A stretch of 64,000 bases of DNA from Octopus sinensis. Taxonomy: Eukaryota. Location of the stretch: contig NC_043003.1 of assembly GCF_006345805.1 (NCBI RefSeq), positions 83,452,001 to 83,516,000 on the forward strand, read 5' to 3'. Every line of letters begins with the position of its first letter. Position 1 is the first letter of the stretch. The notes under the pieces are model-generated. The model was not told the DNA's origin. It did not search any database and worked only from the letters and a program-made list of their open reading frames with translations. Below are positions 28,255 to 40,809 of this stretch, piece by piece. A program made the position numbers and the translations under genes.

Positions 28255-28530
28255 TATATAAATATAGTCCCCGCCTTCCAACATTCTCTATTCTATACAT
28301 CAATTACTTTCTAGCGCTCACTTCTAATAACACACATTCCTGTGTAGATGGCTGTACTCATCCCTTCTTCTATTTAACCTTCCACACAAAGACAACATAT
28401 TCCAGACTTGTACTGCTTCCAATGAACAGAGACTACGCCAACTGCTTTCAACGTGGACATGACAACCTAGTCACCTGCAACAGCATCAAACGACATACAT
28501 TACATATACGAAGGAAAACAGTATTTCACA
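28255..28530 (+). mobile_element. CR1-like LINE RT fragment
   Basis: PTFSILYINYFLALTSNNTHSCVDGCTH..GHDNLVTCNSIK resembles PTLFLL.IND.L..TSN.IHSYADD.TLH..WG..NLV.FN.SK. Confidence 0.75.
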
Positions 28531-28778
28531 ACATAGCAGAATAAACAAGGGATTATCTATATGATATCTCGGCCGCCCAGAAATAGCAACTAAATTTCCC
28601 CTTAACCCTTCGAACGCGAAAAGGATATATCCCCTCAAAATTTCATTAAAGTTAGCTGCAGGAAGCGATTTTACTCCTCGGTTTTGAAAAACCCTGTCCT
28701 TATGCTGCGGAGAAGTGGAGACATCCCTAGTGACTCTTTCCACAAAAAACAATATTTCACATTTTTCTTAATTTTTAT

Positions 28779-29175
28779 GTGACTGTGCGGTAAGAAGCTT
28801 GCTTGCCAACCATACAGTTCCAGTTTCAATCCCACTGCGTAGCACCTTGGACAAGTGTCTTCTACTATAGCTTTGGGCCGACCAAAGCCTTGTGAGTGGA
28901 TTTGGTAGATGGAAAGTTAAAGAATCTTGTCGTATATACGTTAGTCACTGCGTGTGTGTGTGTGTGAGTGTGTTTATGCCTGTAATTACCCTCCCTCACC
29001 GCTTGACAACCGGTGCTGGTTTGTTTACGTAACTTAGCAGTTTGTCAAAAGAAACCGATACACTAAGTACCAGGCTTAATAAATATGCATACTGAGGTCG
29101 ATTCACTCGACAAAAAGTTCTTCAAAGCAGTGTCCCAGCATGGCCGCAGTCTAATGACTGAAACGTGAAAAAAAT
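28779..29175 (+). mobile_element. SINE family A, diverged full-length copy
   Basis: Collinear with 33273-33688. Confidence 0.85.
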
Positions 29176-29629
29176 AGAAGATATATTTCCTTAAATATCA
29201 CTTTACAGAGCAGGAATCAAATAGTTTTAGTGGAGAATATGAAAACCGTAACTACAGGAGATACTGAGAAAATATTTCACAACCAGAAAATATCGATTCT
29301 GCTTTTTTGGTGAATAATTAGCATCCTTACGGAATGCCCATGAAATTTAATTAGGCAATCAAAGGCTTAATTACATCTTATTGTCTTTTTAAGTATTCCT
29401 AACACTAGCTTAAGCAATGTAGTAGACTAAAAAAAAGATGGAGTGGTCATAACGGAAATACTTCTGATTATATGTTTGCTAAATCAAGGACGATCAGTGC
29501 CTTAAGAAACAATAAAATCTACTGCAATGGCGTCATCTAATACCTTTAATGCCCCTCTTTAATGAACACCAGTACGGTCTCTAAAAAGCCAGATCCACTA
29601 ACGACTTACTCTGTTCCCTTTTGCATAAG

Positions 29630-29975
29630 TATGCTCTCACTTTGGTGAAATTTGGTGGAAGTAATGTTGTCGCCCCCGACAACAGCAAAGCTTTTAATTG
29701 TGTCTGCCAAGCGAATTTCTTCTCGAAACCTCTTTCCTACATGTTCCGCCTATCTTTCATCTCTCGGGTCAGTAGCTTCTTATCAGATCGCACAACTGCT
29801 GCGAGTATTGACGGGGTTCTTTATCTTCCGCATTCTATCAACTTTCTGGCATTTTCCAGGGTCCTGTTTTTGGTATGCACTCCCTGCCTTCTGTGCATCA
29901 GTGACTTATTTGCCGCTACATTCAACATCTATTCTTTCACAGATGGTTATACTCTTCATTTCTCCGTATCATTCC
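29630..29975 (+). mobile_element. CR1-like LINE RT fragment
   Basis: FGGSNVVAPDNSKAFNCV..SFLSDRTTAASIDG..LLCISDLF..IYSFTDGYTLH follows the motif order of CR1 RT (VALDISKAFDRVWH, SFLS.R, YADD). Confidence 0.8.
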
Positions 29976-30187
29976 CAGCCACTCGCAAAAGAGTGAGAGA
30001 GGGAGCGCGCGCAAACAGCAGACCTATGAATAGGTGGTTGTGGTATGCTAGTGAGTGGGTTCGCCAGTAACTCGAGCAATAGGTTTCTAAAAATGTGTAT
30101 AGACATCACCCTATTCTACATACGTGGGCACTGCTCATACAAGGATCATAGATTCTTTAGACCTTCGAGAATCAATAACAATTTCTC

Positions 30188-30275
30188 CAGTTCTATATTT
30201 AAGAGATGACGAATTATGTACATTATTTACATTATTTACATTTGACGGATATTATTATTATTATCATCATCATCA

Positions 30276-30350
<75 letters not shown>

Positions 30351-30438
30351 TATTATTCAGGTCACTGCTTGGAATCGAACTCGGAATCTTGGGGTCAGTA
30401 GCCTGCGCTCTTAACCACTACGTCATATGCCCAGTGAA

Positions 30439-30505
<67 letters not shown>

Positions 30506-30652
30506 TCGAAAAATACCTTAGGAATAAGATCCCAGGTTAGAATTTCTCCAAGACACCTGATGAAGGCTGGAGGGTATTTCAGCCGAAACGTTGTATTAAC
30601 AACAAACAAGATGGGGACAAATATCCGTCAAATGTAAATAATGTAAATAACA
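30188..30652. mobile_element. Head-to-head inverted pair of a composite element: tRNA-like head, (AAT)n and Penelope-type tail with hammerhead
   Basis: Minus 30432-30360 has an A-box (TGACGTAGTGG) and B-box (GAGTTCGATTCC). ATATCCGTCAAATGTAAATAATGTAAATAA occurs on plus at about 30621-30650 and reverse-complemented at about 30221-30252. Both arms enter (AAT)n via CTGAATAAT. Confidence 0.7.
30552..30597 (+). ncRNA. Minimal type I hammerhead ribozyme motif (Penelope-type)
   Basis: Stem I GACAC/GTATT (one mismatch), CTGATGA-A, stem II GGCTGGA/TTCAGCC, GAAAC-GT-T; stem III is the palindrome ACGT; predicted cleavage after 30592. Confidence 0.7.
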
Positions 30653-30729
30653 ATTTCTCTGATGAAGAGGTAAATTCCAGTTCCTTGAGAAATTTTGGCA
30701 AACCTCAGTCAGTACATCCCTATGCACCT

Positions 30730-30900
30730 GAATATTAGTTTCAAATTTTAGCACATGTCCAGCAATTTGTGGTGGGGGCGGTAAGTCGATTACATCGACC
30801 ACAGTGCTCAACTGTTACTTATTTTATCGACCCCAAAAAGATGAAAGGCAAAGTCGACCTCGGCGGAATTCGAACTAAGCATTTTTTTCCGGCGTGCTAA
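30730..30900 (-). mobile_element. SINE family D, partial
   Basis: Reverse complement of the 25830-26051 body (GATGAAAGGCAAAGTCGACCTCGGCGGAATT). Confidence 0.8.
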
Positions 30901-31599
30901 AACGTGTAACTGAATATTAATCACAATTTGACACTTCTCATTTGACGAGCGTTTATCTGATCATCAGCCTCTCTAGATGTGGCAACCAAATCTCCTTCGA
31001 TGGTGCCAATCCGTCTTAAAAAGAAAGAACGGCATACTGGACAATGTAGTGCTAAATATTCTCTACGTCGAGATAGTCTAACAAAAGATATGCTCATTCA
31101 GGGTCAGGGCTTATCTGAAGCTGAACAACAACAAGAATCTCACAAAATATCTACTTCATATTCCAGCATAATTTAAAAACGTAAAACCAAATTTTTTAAA
31201 AATCATTATTTGACGACTCTTGGTCAAAAGGCCTTAGCCCAAAACTTAAATTATTGATGCAGCGACAGTTGGCAGTCCACCAACATATATTCTATCTACA
31301 GGCAAGATGTTTATATATGTCTATACATACAGTAATAACTATTTTATAGATGTATTCTGTAATAGAATATTCCGAAATATCACATTTTTTACGCATACAT
31401 GCAGCAACCAAATTTACTGGCATGCATTTTATCGACACAGACTATGATAAAATTCCTCGGATTCCAGATTTTAACTTTACTCTCTGGAGAAGAAATTACA
31501 GTATCTTACTTCCAGGAATTTAACACAAACGAACCTGAAGATTCAATATTCAAAATTAATAAAGAATTTAGCATACTAAATCTGCTGAATATTTTATAA

Positions 31600-32100
31600 C
31601 TAACCTTCTTAACTGTTCTATATCTACAGATAAAAAAATAATTAAGTGATATTTAAATAATTAAATGACATTTAAATTTCTTATCTCGTATTTAATTAAT
31701 GTTCCTTGAGTTTTTCGCCCTTGGCTTTGTCACCACATTTCTTTTTGACAAAGACTTATATTGAACGAGTCGAAAACAGTATTTCCTAGAAACAATGTTG
31801 ATGAAATCTTTCCTTATCTTGACATCTACTTTGTCTCCCCAACCACCACTCTTTCACCTCGTTATATATGGAAATTCTGTTTATCTAGTGAATTTCAATT
31901 GTTTCTTTGAACGATTTGCTTCTTCTTTCTTCTGTCTATGTTATCTGACATTTTCTGTTCTTTGACTAAGGGACTGGCAGATAATACTGTGCCATTTGCA
32001 ATTATTTTTCATTATGTTTATTTTCTTCCGAATAATAGAAATAAGACAAAGCTTAAACAGAGTCTGCAAACCACTTTTTCTTAAAGGTTCTCCAGTAACC
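31600..32100 (-). mobile_element. Possible decayed Penelope-like linker fragment
   Basis: Minus translation KIRKDFINIVSRKY and RTVKKVSYK weakly resembles the PLE motifs NIGK.FL.LI.KHF and NTVKVSYS. Confidence 0.3.
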
Positions 32101-32259
32101 GACTTAAATTTAATTTTTAGTGTGTATAATTTCCATGTCAGTATTTTTCTATCTGTATTTTATTACACCAATCTTTACTATACATTTTCCAAAGCATTAT
32201 ATAGTTAAGAAACAAGGGCAGTGGGTTATAAAATGTTTTGCAATATTTAGTTATGGCTC

Positions 32260-32420
32260 TTTATGTTCTGAGTTCAAATCTCGCCGTGGTCGACTTTACC
32301 TTTCATCCTTTTGGAATCGATGGAATAAAGTACCAGTCAAACACTTGGTCGAGTGTATTGGCTCCTCCTACACCACCACCTCAAAAAATGGACTGCTGGT
32401 TTTGTTTCTGTATCTGAAGA
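32260..32420 (+). mobile_element. SINE family D, partial
   Basis: TTCTGAGTTCAAATCTCGCCGTGGTCGACTTTACCTTTCATCC..GAATAAAGTACCAGT. Confidence 0.75.
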
Positions 32421-33272
32421 ACATATACTTAAGAAACAAATATTTCACTAGATATACGGCTCATCTTTAACAGAAAACTTCGCCTGCAAGTGGAATTAAA
32501 CCTAATGCTACAAACAGGGGTTGACATCGTTGTCAAGAAATCCGTTTTGTAACTATGCAGCCTCGAATCTGATCCTACTCTCTAACACCTTGAACGGATG
32601 TTTCTGCCTTAGCTTCAAATCAATCAAAGCCTTGTGGGTGGAACTTGATAAAAAGAGATCGTACCGAAACCCGATAGATAGACCATTGTTCGTTGGTGGT
32701 AGACAGAATTAATCATCTAGTTTAACAACACTGTCCGATCCTTGAGTACTCCTGTACTCACTGTTGCAATTTTCTGGTCAATTCTCTGGTCAGAGAATAA
32801 CATCCTTCCTTGCTTCCTTCAATCAGTATTCCTTCTTCTCATCAATCTCAGAGACTCTAAAGAGAATAGTGTGGGCTGCCTTTTCTGAAAAGGGATATGA
32901 AAAAACACGTCTTCATTTTCAGAATGCTAACGCTGCTTGGAGTTATGTATTACACTTATGGGTTGATGAGAATAAAATTCATTGGTTAGACATGAGTACA
33001 ATCTAACAATCCGATCTCCCGGTTCCTTCTCTGATAGTCTCTCAACTAGGGACTCCACTGCATTCTCTCGGTAATTTGTATAGTGAGAGTTTACGTCTGC
33101 CAAATGATATTCCACTGTTCATACCACACACTGGGGTACAACCAGATGAAGACACATGATGAAATAACCATCGGTGAACTGATCCAAATTACATGGTAGT
33201 TAGCAGCAACCACACTAAGTTTTAGCTTACCACCTTAAAGAGTAATTGTATAGTATAATAAAAGTTTCCATA

Positions 33273-33435
33273 GGCGCAGGAGTGGCTGTGTGGTAAGTAG
33301 CTTGCTAACCAACCACATGGTTCCGGGTTCAGTCCCACGGTGTGGCATCTTGGGCAAGTGTCTTCTGCTATAGCCCCGGGCCGACCAATGCCTTGTGAGT
33401 GGATTTGGTAGACGGAAACTGAAAGAAGCCTGTCG

Positions 33436-33470
<35 letters not shown>

Positions 33471-33688
33471 TTGTGTGTCTGTGTTTGTCCCCCTAGCATT
33501 GCTTGACAACTGATGCTGGTGTGTTTACGTCCCCGTCACTTAGCGGTTCGGCAAAAGAGACCGATAGAATAAGTACTGGGCTTACAAACGAATAAGTCCC
33601 GGGGTCGATTTGCTCGACTAAAGGCGGTGCTCCAGCATGGCCGCAGTCAAATGACTGAAACAAATAAAAGAGTAAAAGAGTAAAGAGT
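33273..33688 (+). mobile_element. SINE family A, full length (tRNA head, internal (TA/TG)n, TAAAAGAG tail)
   Basis: A-box TGGCTGTGTGG, B-box GGTTCAGTCCC, 3' tail AAAAGAGTAAAAGAG; other copies in the window. Confidence 0.9.
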
Positions 33689-34505
33689 TGAATACAGTCC
33701 CTTTCTGAAATTGTTATTATTTTTGTTGCCGCTGTTAGTGCTGTTATTGTTATTTTCAACCTCCTAATTCAGCAGACCATTTCAGATCAAAAATGTTCCA
33801 GTCAAAACCTTCCCATATTTTATTTTGTTTTGGAGATAATCTGTCTAGGACTACAATTTCTAATGTGTTTCTTTATTTCAGATACATTGTATCTAGGGTT
33901 AAATTATCCAACTTTCGTTATATAGCTTAATCAGAGAAAAAAAAACAACGCTTCCGACCCTTTTGCAGTGACTTCGAGCCTAGTGGGGTGAAAGAAATAT
34001 CATCTTAATGTCCTTAGGCTATAGACTTTACTGAAGGCATGCAGCTGGAAATATTTCACTAAAAGAAACCTAAATGCTATTGGTGGCATTTTTCTGCTTT
34101 CTTTCTTTCTTTTTCTAATTTTTGATAACGATACTTCATAAAAGTAATTCGTCAGATTCTATTAAATATATTTATGCAAAATGTTTTCACTTGTTAAGGC
34201 TATCACTAGAGATTTTTCTATAGAAATTAAAGCCAGCACAGATTTTGTTACGACGTTTCGTATCCGAGACGCTTGATGAGATTAAATATGAAAATGAGAT
34301 TAAAGATGAAAATGGATAATGCATGTATATCACATATTTCAAGAGCTTCTGCTCCTTCCTCAGTAGCACCCATCCAACCCATTAACCATCCACGAACTCA
34401 CTGCTTAAATAGCCACAATATATAACAGAGTAACGCTGTTGGATATACGAATTTACATATTAAACGCGTTCCTCGAAGCTGATGAGTAAATATTAAGAAC
34501 CTGTA

Positions 34506-34920
34506 GGGACACCGAATTTCGTTATGCAACAATAATATACTACAAAGTATTTTTAAAATACTGCATTCAATTGTATTAGCAGTACTATTACATTACTTAA
34601 CTCTACAGGTTTTTTAAGAGAAATTATAGCCAGCGCTGATTTTATTACGACGTTTCGTATCCAGATGCCTGATGCAAACAACAACGTGATCGAAGATTAG
34701 AAATGGGTATATCCAAAAACGTTACATCGCTATATGTGAATTCGTGGATTAATAATGGGCTGGGTGGGTTTAAAACTCCTGAACTATGGCATAGACGCCC
34801 ATTAACCAAATTTAAGTGATGTAATAGCACTGCTAACACAATAGAACAGAATAGTGACTTATAAAAGCGTTTAATATACTTTGTAGTATATCATGGTTGC
34901 ATAACAAAGTACGGTGTCCG
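34506..34920. mobile_element. Putative MITE with ~44-bp TIRs and TA flanks
   Basis: GGACACCGAATTTCGTTATGCAACAATAATATACTACAAAGTAT (34507-34550) is an imperfect inverted copy of 34875-34919; TA lies on both sides. Confidence 0.65.
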
Positions 34921-36120
34921 TACCAATCATAAATATTATGCATGATTGTTTACAAATTTTTTATGTAACACAGAAATTGAATCAGCCGGCATAAAGAGAC
35001 AAGCAATAAAGACATTCATGTGTTAATAAACGAATTATATATTAATAAACGAAAATACAAATAACAATTCTGTAAAATAAATTTCAACTTATGTTTTATC
35101 TTTCTTTTAAGTTTCTTTATACTTTCAAACATGCCACAGAGAAATTGAAATCCTGGTGACCCGAATGATGCCAGCATTCGTTTGGAGGTCGAAATGGATT
35201 CCAATTACCTACCCCAAGTCGATTGGCCTGTTAGAAATAACAGTCAAATCTCCGTTAGCTGTCTTAACGGAAGAAAGCATATGTTATGTTTGAATATAAG
35301 TTGAAATGGCCACGAATAGAATATCGTGATCAGAGATGACCTGGGACTCCAACAACAATGACGCCAGTGGTGACATGAGGGACAATTACTATATGATACA
35401 GTAAAACTTCGTGGTCAATCAGCTTTGGTTTTGGTATCTTACAACAATATTGCGACACAAACAGAAAACCTTAACATTTTTATAATAATCTATGTTGAAA
35501 CGTACTTGCTATAAATAATAAAACAGCGTATACCTCCTCTATGAAATTCTCCAAGTATTTCGTGGCTCAATGATTTTAGATGACTTTGTTTGTATTGACA
35601 ATCTAACATAATTCTTACATTGAACGAAATACTGTCATGTTTATCAGAAATGTAATAATGTTTATACACACAAGAAAATATTTTCTTTACTTTTTCCTTT
35701 TTATTTATTTTTTTTTTTGTCAAAACAATAGTCAGGATTCTGTAATATGAGTGAAGTTGTATTAACAAGTGCACATTCTATGTAAACGTCTACTGTTGCC
35801 TTAAACAAGCACATATTTCAAAAGAAAAATATATTGACAAGGTTTATCAATAAATTATGAATTTCCCCTTAAATGGACGGACATCGGAAAGAATGGCGAG
35901 ACAACTGAAGATTAGATTAGAAAGAAGTGTTGTTCTGAGCAGAAAAAAAACTGAGTAGTTGATACAGTATTCTTCAGTGTAAATGCTCTATCGATTTTAA
36001 AGACACACACTAGGCCATACTATTCTATTTGTTTCCACTCTTACCTATCCAAACTAACACAGATTGGTTATTGTTGTGTGTGTTTGTATAGATCGATAGA
36101 TAGATATATACATACATACT

Positions 36121-36164
<44 letters not shown>

Positions 36165-36272
36165 TATACATACATGTATATACATATACATATATGTACA
36201 CATATGTACATAAATATATATATACATACATATACGTATATGTATGTGTGTGTGTAATTATGTGTGGGTATG

Positions 36273-36306
<34 letters not shown>

Positions 36307-36659
36307 ATGATATGTAATCTCACCCCAAAATTTAACGCAAAACTTTACCTCTTATACATTTTGGCCATAAAAGATATGACGTCATCGAAGATAAATTAAG
36401 AATGGTAAAAGATTTATAGAACAAACTTTGAAATTTATCATCGCCTATTTGTAGTTTTCACTGTTATTTACCAATCATTTTCTGATTGATCGAACTCTGT
36501 TGACCGGCGTATGTTTAGAGATAATATAACTCTTCAATATAAAGTCATCAAAGTTGTCAGGCTTGATTAATCTTGCGATTTATCGCTAACCTCCATAAGA
36601 CAATGTTCCATTAGAGATACGGTAAACATCAAGTGGTTTTAGTCAAATGATAAGTTCGG

Positions 36660-36693
36660 CGCCTAATTATTATCGCTATTATTATTATTATTA

Positions 36694-36750
<57 letters not shown>

Positions 36751-36755
36751 TTATT

Positions 36756-36799
<44 letters not shown>

Positions 36800-36810
36800 T
36801 ATCGTCATTA
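36660..36810. repeat. (ATT)n/(ATC)n
   Basis: Seen directly in sequence. Confidence 0.95.
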
Positions 36811-37359
36811 TGCTTTCGTTCCTCTCCACGCTAGTGGTGTTTAAATTCGCTCCATGAGTCTTGAAAACGATTGTTAATTGCTTGCTCGTTTAAGGATTTT
36901 TTTTTTTAATTATTGTTTTTTTGTTTTCTTGAGGACTCGCTCATGACCGTGGTGGGGTTGTCTGTTCCTTTGTTTCTCGATACATCGAGGTTAAATCACT
37001 AAAAAAAAATCATCAAAAATTTGAAAACGTATGTAAACATACAAAATTAAACCGAGTGGGAACTGATCAAAGAAGCAGAAAGAAGGTTGCCACCAAGATT
37101 TCAGTTTTTCTGTGACACCTTTGAAAGTATAAAGAATTTTTTAAAAAACAGATAAAACAAGCTGGAATTTATTATACAGACCTGTCAATTTCTATATTCG
37201 TTTATTAATGTGAATACATGAACGTGCTGTTTGTCCCACTACTTCTACTAATGAAGACTTTTCCTACTGACCTAGTCTGCAATGCAACTACTTTCACTTT
37301 CGCGAACTCCATTGATGACAAAACCTATGGCAGTAACCACAACATACGGAGCAGCAGCA

Positions 37360-37560
37360 GCAGCCGTTCAAGAACTTAGACCTGGAGATCTCCATTTCCA
37401 GCGACTTCGAGGGCCACCTCCCAGTGGTGTCGGGTGTCAACGAAGAGCCCTCGACTACAACAAGACGACCAAAGTTTTTTTTTCCATGGTCTGGGGTCTC
37501 CCGCCCCTAAACCCTAGACCATCACCTAATCACCCTTACCCGTCTTGTTGTTTAACAACA
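37360..37560 (+). mobile_element. ~200-bp GC-rich dispersed repeat (copy 2)
   Basis: Matches 12172-12388. Confidence 0.8.
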
Positions 37561-38199
37561 CCAAAAACAGCAGCAGCGGCAATGACAGCAATAAGTGCAA
37601 CTACAACACCGAGAAGGAAAGAAAATAAACAGCAGCAACACCAACAACAGCTTTAACGTCGAATCACCGCCAAAACCACCACTATAGCTATCACTACCAA
37701 CAAAAGTGCGACAAACACAACTGTAGTTTCAGCTGAGAATGACACCAAGGGCAATGGTTTCGCTAACGCAGCTCTCTACAAACAAAAACTATCTTGACAA
37801 ATATCTGTAGTGAATTATATACGATCCTCAGAACAAGCCGTTTGACGAGAGAGCAAGATATACATCGGACATTGGCACTGAATAAGCTCGCACTGCTAGA
37901 AATGTTAACGGTATAGGAATATTAGTAGATGTCGCAGGCTTTAAGTATATCTGTGACTCAGCGGCCATGGTACACTGAGCCCTGTGTAGAGAATGTTGAC
38001 AGCAGAACATCCTCACCGGTCGAAAGCGACCCAAAGAGTAGACGCTCTAACACAGACAAGGGAAAACTAGAGCAAAGCACAATAGTCAGAAATCAAAGCT
38101 TCTACATTTTTAGTTGTAAAACAAACGATACGCGAGGAGAAACAGCAACACAGGTCGAGAAGCGAATGAAAGATATATGTGGTGCCATATAGCACCTAA

Positions 38200-39370
38200 A
38201 CAAAGAGAAAACATCGGGACACTTCTGATATTGTCTGTTTTTATCTTCAGGTCACCCCTCCACATCCATAACCACCGACCTTCTCTATCTGTCTTTTCGC
38301 TCATATCTTTTGCAATGTGACTGTACATTTTTCCCCTTTCCATACAATTTTTTGGCTTCGAGTTTTTTCCTCTTTAAATTTCTCTTTCTCAACATAATTA
38401 TCAGACTTCTTCATATGTATCAACAATGGTCCCACAGCACTTTTACATCTTACCCTAACTGTTTTCCTCTCATTCAACACAGTCCTAACAATTGATCAAA
38501 CTTCTCTTTCTTCTTGTCAAGTACAACCGATCATGTCACTCTTGCGATGAAATGCTCCGTGTCAATAATTTCCGTGTCTTCGTATCCATACTCATCAGTT
38601 CATTCTTTTATCAGCTCATGATTCCAGCTCCATAGCTAAACGGTGCTACCGCCCAGGCATTTAGTATTTGGAATTTAAAACATCTTGTCAATTTTGAGCA
38701 CAATAATATTCGTAGTATTCTAAAATACTTTCTTCAATTCTTTCATTTCCTTCCCCCATGATTGCATTGAACTCTAGTATGCCAAGGTACCTATAGCTTT
38801 CCTTTTCATTACTTCCTAGTTTGTAAATTTGTAAACTCTAGCCCTGCCAGGCACTGTAGCTTGACTCTTTTTAGACTTGTTACATCACACTTCTTGAGTC
38901 CGAATTCCACCTTAAGATATGTTATTAATAAGAAATTCTGCGGGTTTTTGTATCATCAGTTTTGGGTAGAAAAATGGTAGTTCTTTCAGTCAGTCAGACA
39001 TTTACTCATCATCTGAATGATATAGCTGAAGATACTGCGAGATTTTCGTGTACATCTGTCAAACAATTCAACTAGAATTTAGTGATGCAGTCCGGCCCTG
39101 AGGATTTCCATTTGCTAGAATTTCTAAGTACACACTTTGACTCTTCTATTTCCATTGCTTCCCATTCCTGTTCAACTTCACTCTTCCTTGCTTATGTTCT
39201 GTCCAGTCAACATCAGCATTGAACTCTTTTTTTCGTTGTTCCATACCTTTTTTCCAGAACTCTTCCACTTCTTCAATCGCAGGTGTTCTTTTGCCTCTAT
39301 CTTACTTTTACCAATTTCCCTAGAAAATTTGTTCGCTTCATGTATACATTTGCAGGCTATTAAAACAATC
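38200..39370 (-). mobile_element. R4/Dong-type RLE non-LTR fragments: pre-RT region (about 39100-39370) and post-RT region (about 38200-38900), internally deleted
   Basis: KFSREIGKSKIE; YRYLGILE; HGAFHRKSD; KDMSEKTDREGRWLWM..DLK. Confidence 0.7.
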
Positions 39371-39494
39371 AAACCAGGTTGTTCATTTACAAAGTCATGT
39401 GATAGAAAAAAGGAGAAGAAAGACAGAGAAAAACGAAAATATATAAAATATTAAAGTAAACAAAGGAAATAAAGGGTAAAAAAGGAAAGAATTC

Positions 39495-39680
39495 ACAGCG
39501 ATAATGCTCTTCTCAATACGTGTGATGTGTCAGTTAATACAATCTTTTGCACTTTCTGGTTGGATGGTAATCTAGGGATCATTCTTTAATAATTTTCAGT
39601 TCCTTTTTTTATCATTCCAAGTGCACCTACAATAACTGGTATTGCAACCGTCTAGAGATACCATCTTTGCTCCTACTATT
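39495..39680 (-). mobile_element. R4/Dong-type C-terminal fragment, same subfamily as 44130-44893
   Basis: VAIPVIVGALGMIKKGTE..KVQKIVLTDTSHVLRRALSL*; shares TTCACAGCGATAATGCTCTTCTC with about 44308. Confidence 0.85.
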
Positions 39681-40718
39681 TTGTGGTATTATTAAATGTT
39701 GCTTAGTTTCGACTTTTGTCTTGTACTTGAGATAACCATAAATATGTGAGGGTAGGAGGAGATAGTAGCAGAAAGAGAAGCAGCTTGGTGAATAAACTAA
39801 ATTCCACAGGTCTGTAAACAGGTTCGGCAGATGGTGAGGGGATCAACTATGGGGCTTCGCATTCTTGTGCGATCAGGCTACAAAAGAAGCGTTATACCCC
39901 TGCGGTCAGCAGAGGTCAAATGTGTTTACTACTACCAGCAATCAATGAGAGCGCTAATCTTGGCCTTGGAAAGCACCATTTCACCTTGTTCTGTTTTTAA
40001 TTACATATAGAAAAATAATAATATATATATATACTGATGTTTATATCATTGAACTTTTGAATATTTTGATTTTTTGATTTTTTGAATTTTCCTTTTATTT
40101 TATAGGTTTTGCTGTGGTCTACAGTTTTCGTAATTGTGCAGTTTATATATTTATGCAGGTGCTATTCTCCTTAATTTTTATCGTACGATTAAATTGTTGC
40201 AATAAAAGGTATGTTTACATATTCGAGTAGACAGGAAGAAAAAAAGGGTAAAATTTTCACAGAAAATTGTAGATATTAAAGTTTTAAATATTCTAAAGAT
40301 GATCGTTTGTATGTCCGGACAAAAAAAACTGTAGTGTTCTTAGAATAAAAAAGTATGTTTAGATTTTCGAATATTCAGAGAGAAAGGAAAAGTTTGGTAT
40401 TCACAGAAGTTGTAAATATTAAAGATTTTAAAAGTTTTTAAAGATGATCGTTTGGGTGTTGGTCCAGAGAAAATTGTAGATATGTAAGTTTCTAACCTTC
40501 TTATGGTGGAAATGTTAAAATGCTCACAGGAGATTGTAGATGTTCCAGTTTTTGAAAGTTGTTTTACTGTTGTTCTGTTGGGTTGTATTAGTGTTTCTGT
40601 ATCTTCGGCAACTGACTGGTCAGCGCAACGAAGGACGCATCCAGCCACTGTCAAGTCTAGTGCGTTGTTGTTGATGTTGTTGCTTTTTAACGTTGTTGTT
40701 ATTATTATTATTATTATT

Positions 40719-40809
40719 GAGTGAGAGAGCAGTGCATGCCATCAAAGTGACACTGGGGTAAAATATACGAAACCCAGTATATCCATCATGACTACCCGTC
40801 TGATAAGGG
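40719..40809. mobile_element. Left part of an interspersed repeat that hosts the LTR element
   Basis: Reads continuously into 43629-44088 across the AAGGG duplication; bounded by (TTA)n. Continuity also rests on my recollection of this repeat family. Confidence 0.7.

Noticed and set aside
30360-30432. tRNA-like sequence as a true tRNA gene (also the heads at 13439, 22956 and 33273)
   Set aside because: A and B boxes are present, but I could not pair an acceptor stem and each continues into a SINE body.
32500-33200. Possible retroelement RT/RNase H fragment
   Set aside because: The six-frame reading gave no motif I could match with confidence; left unannotated.
34479-34500. CTGATGAG, and the nearby minus-strand CGAAACGTC motifs at about 34250 and 34647, as hammerheads
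   Set aside because: The two core halves are not on the same strand at a workable spacing.
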